From: Octopus bimaculoides
Taxonomy: Eukaryota
NCBI RefSeq assembly: GCF_001194135.2
Contig: NC_068982.1
Location: 86,747,404 to 86,784,804, forward strand
Reading direction: 5' to 3'
Length of the DNA: 37,401 nt
Shown: in pieces, positions 36,100 to 37,401 of the stretch
How positions within the stretch are numbered: the first letter of the stretch is position 1
How the letters are laid out: the number at the start of each line of letters is the position of its first letter
Made by a program: the position numbers and the translations under genes
The notes under the pieces: model-generated
What the model saw: only the letters and a program-made list of their open reading frames with translations
Told to the model about the DNA's origin: nothing
Databases searched by the model: none

Positions 36100-36990
36100 T
36101 ATAAGACATTATGCACATGCAATATGAGCTGGATGAAATACACAAGTGAGCTGAAAAGAATAGCATGCAGTTTAATGCTGAAAAGTTTCAAGCCTTCTGC
36201 TATCTCCATGCAAAACTAAATGCAATACCCATGAAATATACTGGACCTGGATGTATTGCGATCCCAGAGGCACAGTCAGTGTGAGACCTGGGCATTTACA
36301 TGAGTAATGATGCATCCTTTCATGTTCATGTTGCTAAATTGGCAATGAAATGCAGGCTGCTGACTGAATGGATTCTTAGAACTTTTAGAACAAGAGACCA
36401 GGAAACCATGATGGTCCTCTGGAGAACACTTGTCCTTAGCCACTTTGACTATTACTTCTCAGCTATGGTCACCAACCAGTGTCAAATTAATCTCAGAACT
36501 TGAGGCAATCCAATGAAGCTACAAGAAGAAGATAGCCTTTATGCAGCATATAAGCTATTGGGAGAGACTCAAGAGATTCAGACTCTATTCTTTAGAGTGT
36601 AGGCAAGAAAGATATGCCATAATATACATCTAGAAGATCCTGGAAGGACTTGTACCAAACTTTGGCATCGAGAATTGCACAAATACTAGAACTGGACGCC
36701 ACTGCATAGTGCCAAGGACTCCAAATTTGCCATCAAGATGTACAACAAGATTCTGCAATAGCCTGGGCTTCAAAGGTCCACAGCTCAGTAAAGGACCTGA
36801 GAGACCTGCATGGGGTGGATGTAGGTGTCTTCAAAATAAAGCTGAACCATTTCCTGTCAAGTGTCCCAGATGAACCAACTTCACAGCAGGGAGTGCAGAT
36901 GAGGGAAGCTGCATCATACTCTCTCATGCACCAAATGTCAATTCCTGAAAAGCATTCGTGAAGTAAAATTATGTAGCAACAACAAATGAC
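36100..36990 (+). mobile_element. CR1-like LINE 3' portion
   Basis: DLGIYMSNDASFHVHVAKLAMKCRLLTEWILRTFRTRDQETMMVLWRTLVLSHFDY; YWERLKRFRLYSLE.RQERYAIIY.*KILEGLVPNFG; FKIKLNHFLSSVPDEP. Confidence 0.85.
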
Positions 36991-37050
36991 AGTGCCCCAG
37001 ACAAAATAAAAAAAATAACATAAAATATATTAAAAAAATAAATATATATG

Positions 37051-37081
<31 letters not shown>

Positions 37082-37267
37082 GTATATATGAATATGTATA
37101 TATATATGTATATACAAGTATGTATATAAGTATATATATGTGTATATGTATATATATGTAGATATATATATATGCATATGTGAACTCTACACCCTCCGGC
37201 TGCACCTCTCCTACCCACGGATTACACTGGACCCATCTTCTATATAGATATATATGTATATAGAAAT

Positions 37268-37355
37268 ATACTCTTTTACTTGTTTCAGTTATTTGACTGC
37301 GGCCATGCTGGAGCACCACCTTTTACTCGAGCAAATCGACCCCAGGACTTATTCT
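37268..37355 (-). mobile_element. SINE family A 3' fragment
   Basis: tactcttttacttgtttcagttatttgactgcggccatgctggagcacc...gaccccaggacttattc. Confidence 0.85.
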
Positions 37356-37366
37356 AGAAGTCTATA

Positions 37367-37401
<35 letters not shown>

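Overview
This is eukaryotic, AT-rich, repeat-saturated genomic DNA with five assembly gaps (10050-10140, 10775-11067, 12128-12380, 13885-13894, 23771-23813). The SINE families, microsatellite load and TTAGGG-type repeats point to an Octopus genome; this is inferred from recognising the repeats, not from a database search. Almost all ORFs in the track are antisense or microsatellite artefacts or pieces of dead transposons. Recognisable remnants include a CRE-type and a Hero-type RLE LINE, several Penelope-like (PLE) RT fragments, many RTE-clade LINE pieces, a CR1-like LINE, a truncated Tc1, a pogo/Tigger, a Chapaev-3 element, a full-length but broken mariner, several MITE/foldback elements and at least three SINE families. 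No complete host gene is visible. The best host-gene signal is a candidate start or short exon at ~10313-10360 (GCC ATG GAC GAA G|GTAAGA), which would make the downstream ~27 kb intronic. The most unusual structure is a 947-bp foldback element whose arms carry inward-facing telomeric repeats (26782-27728). I found no convincing evidence of a new multi-gene system.
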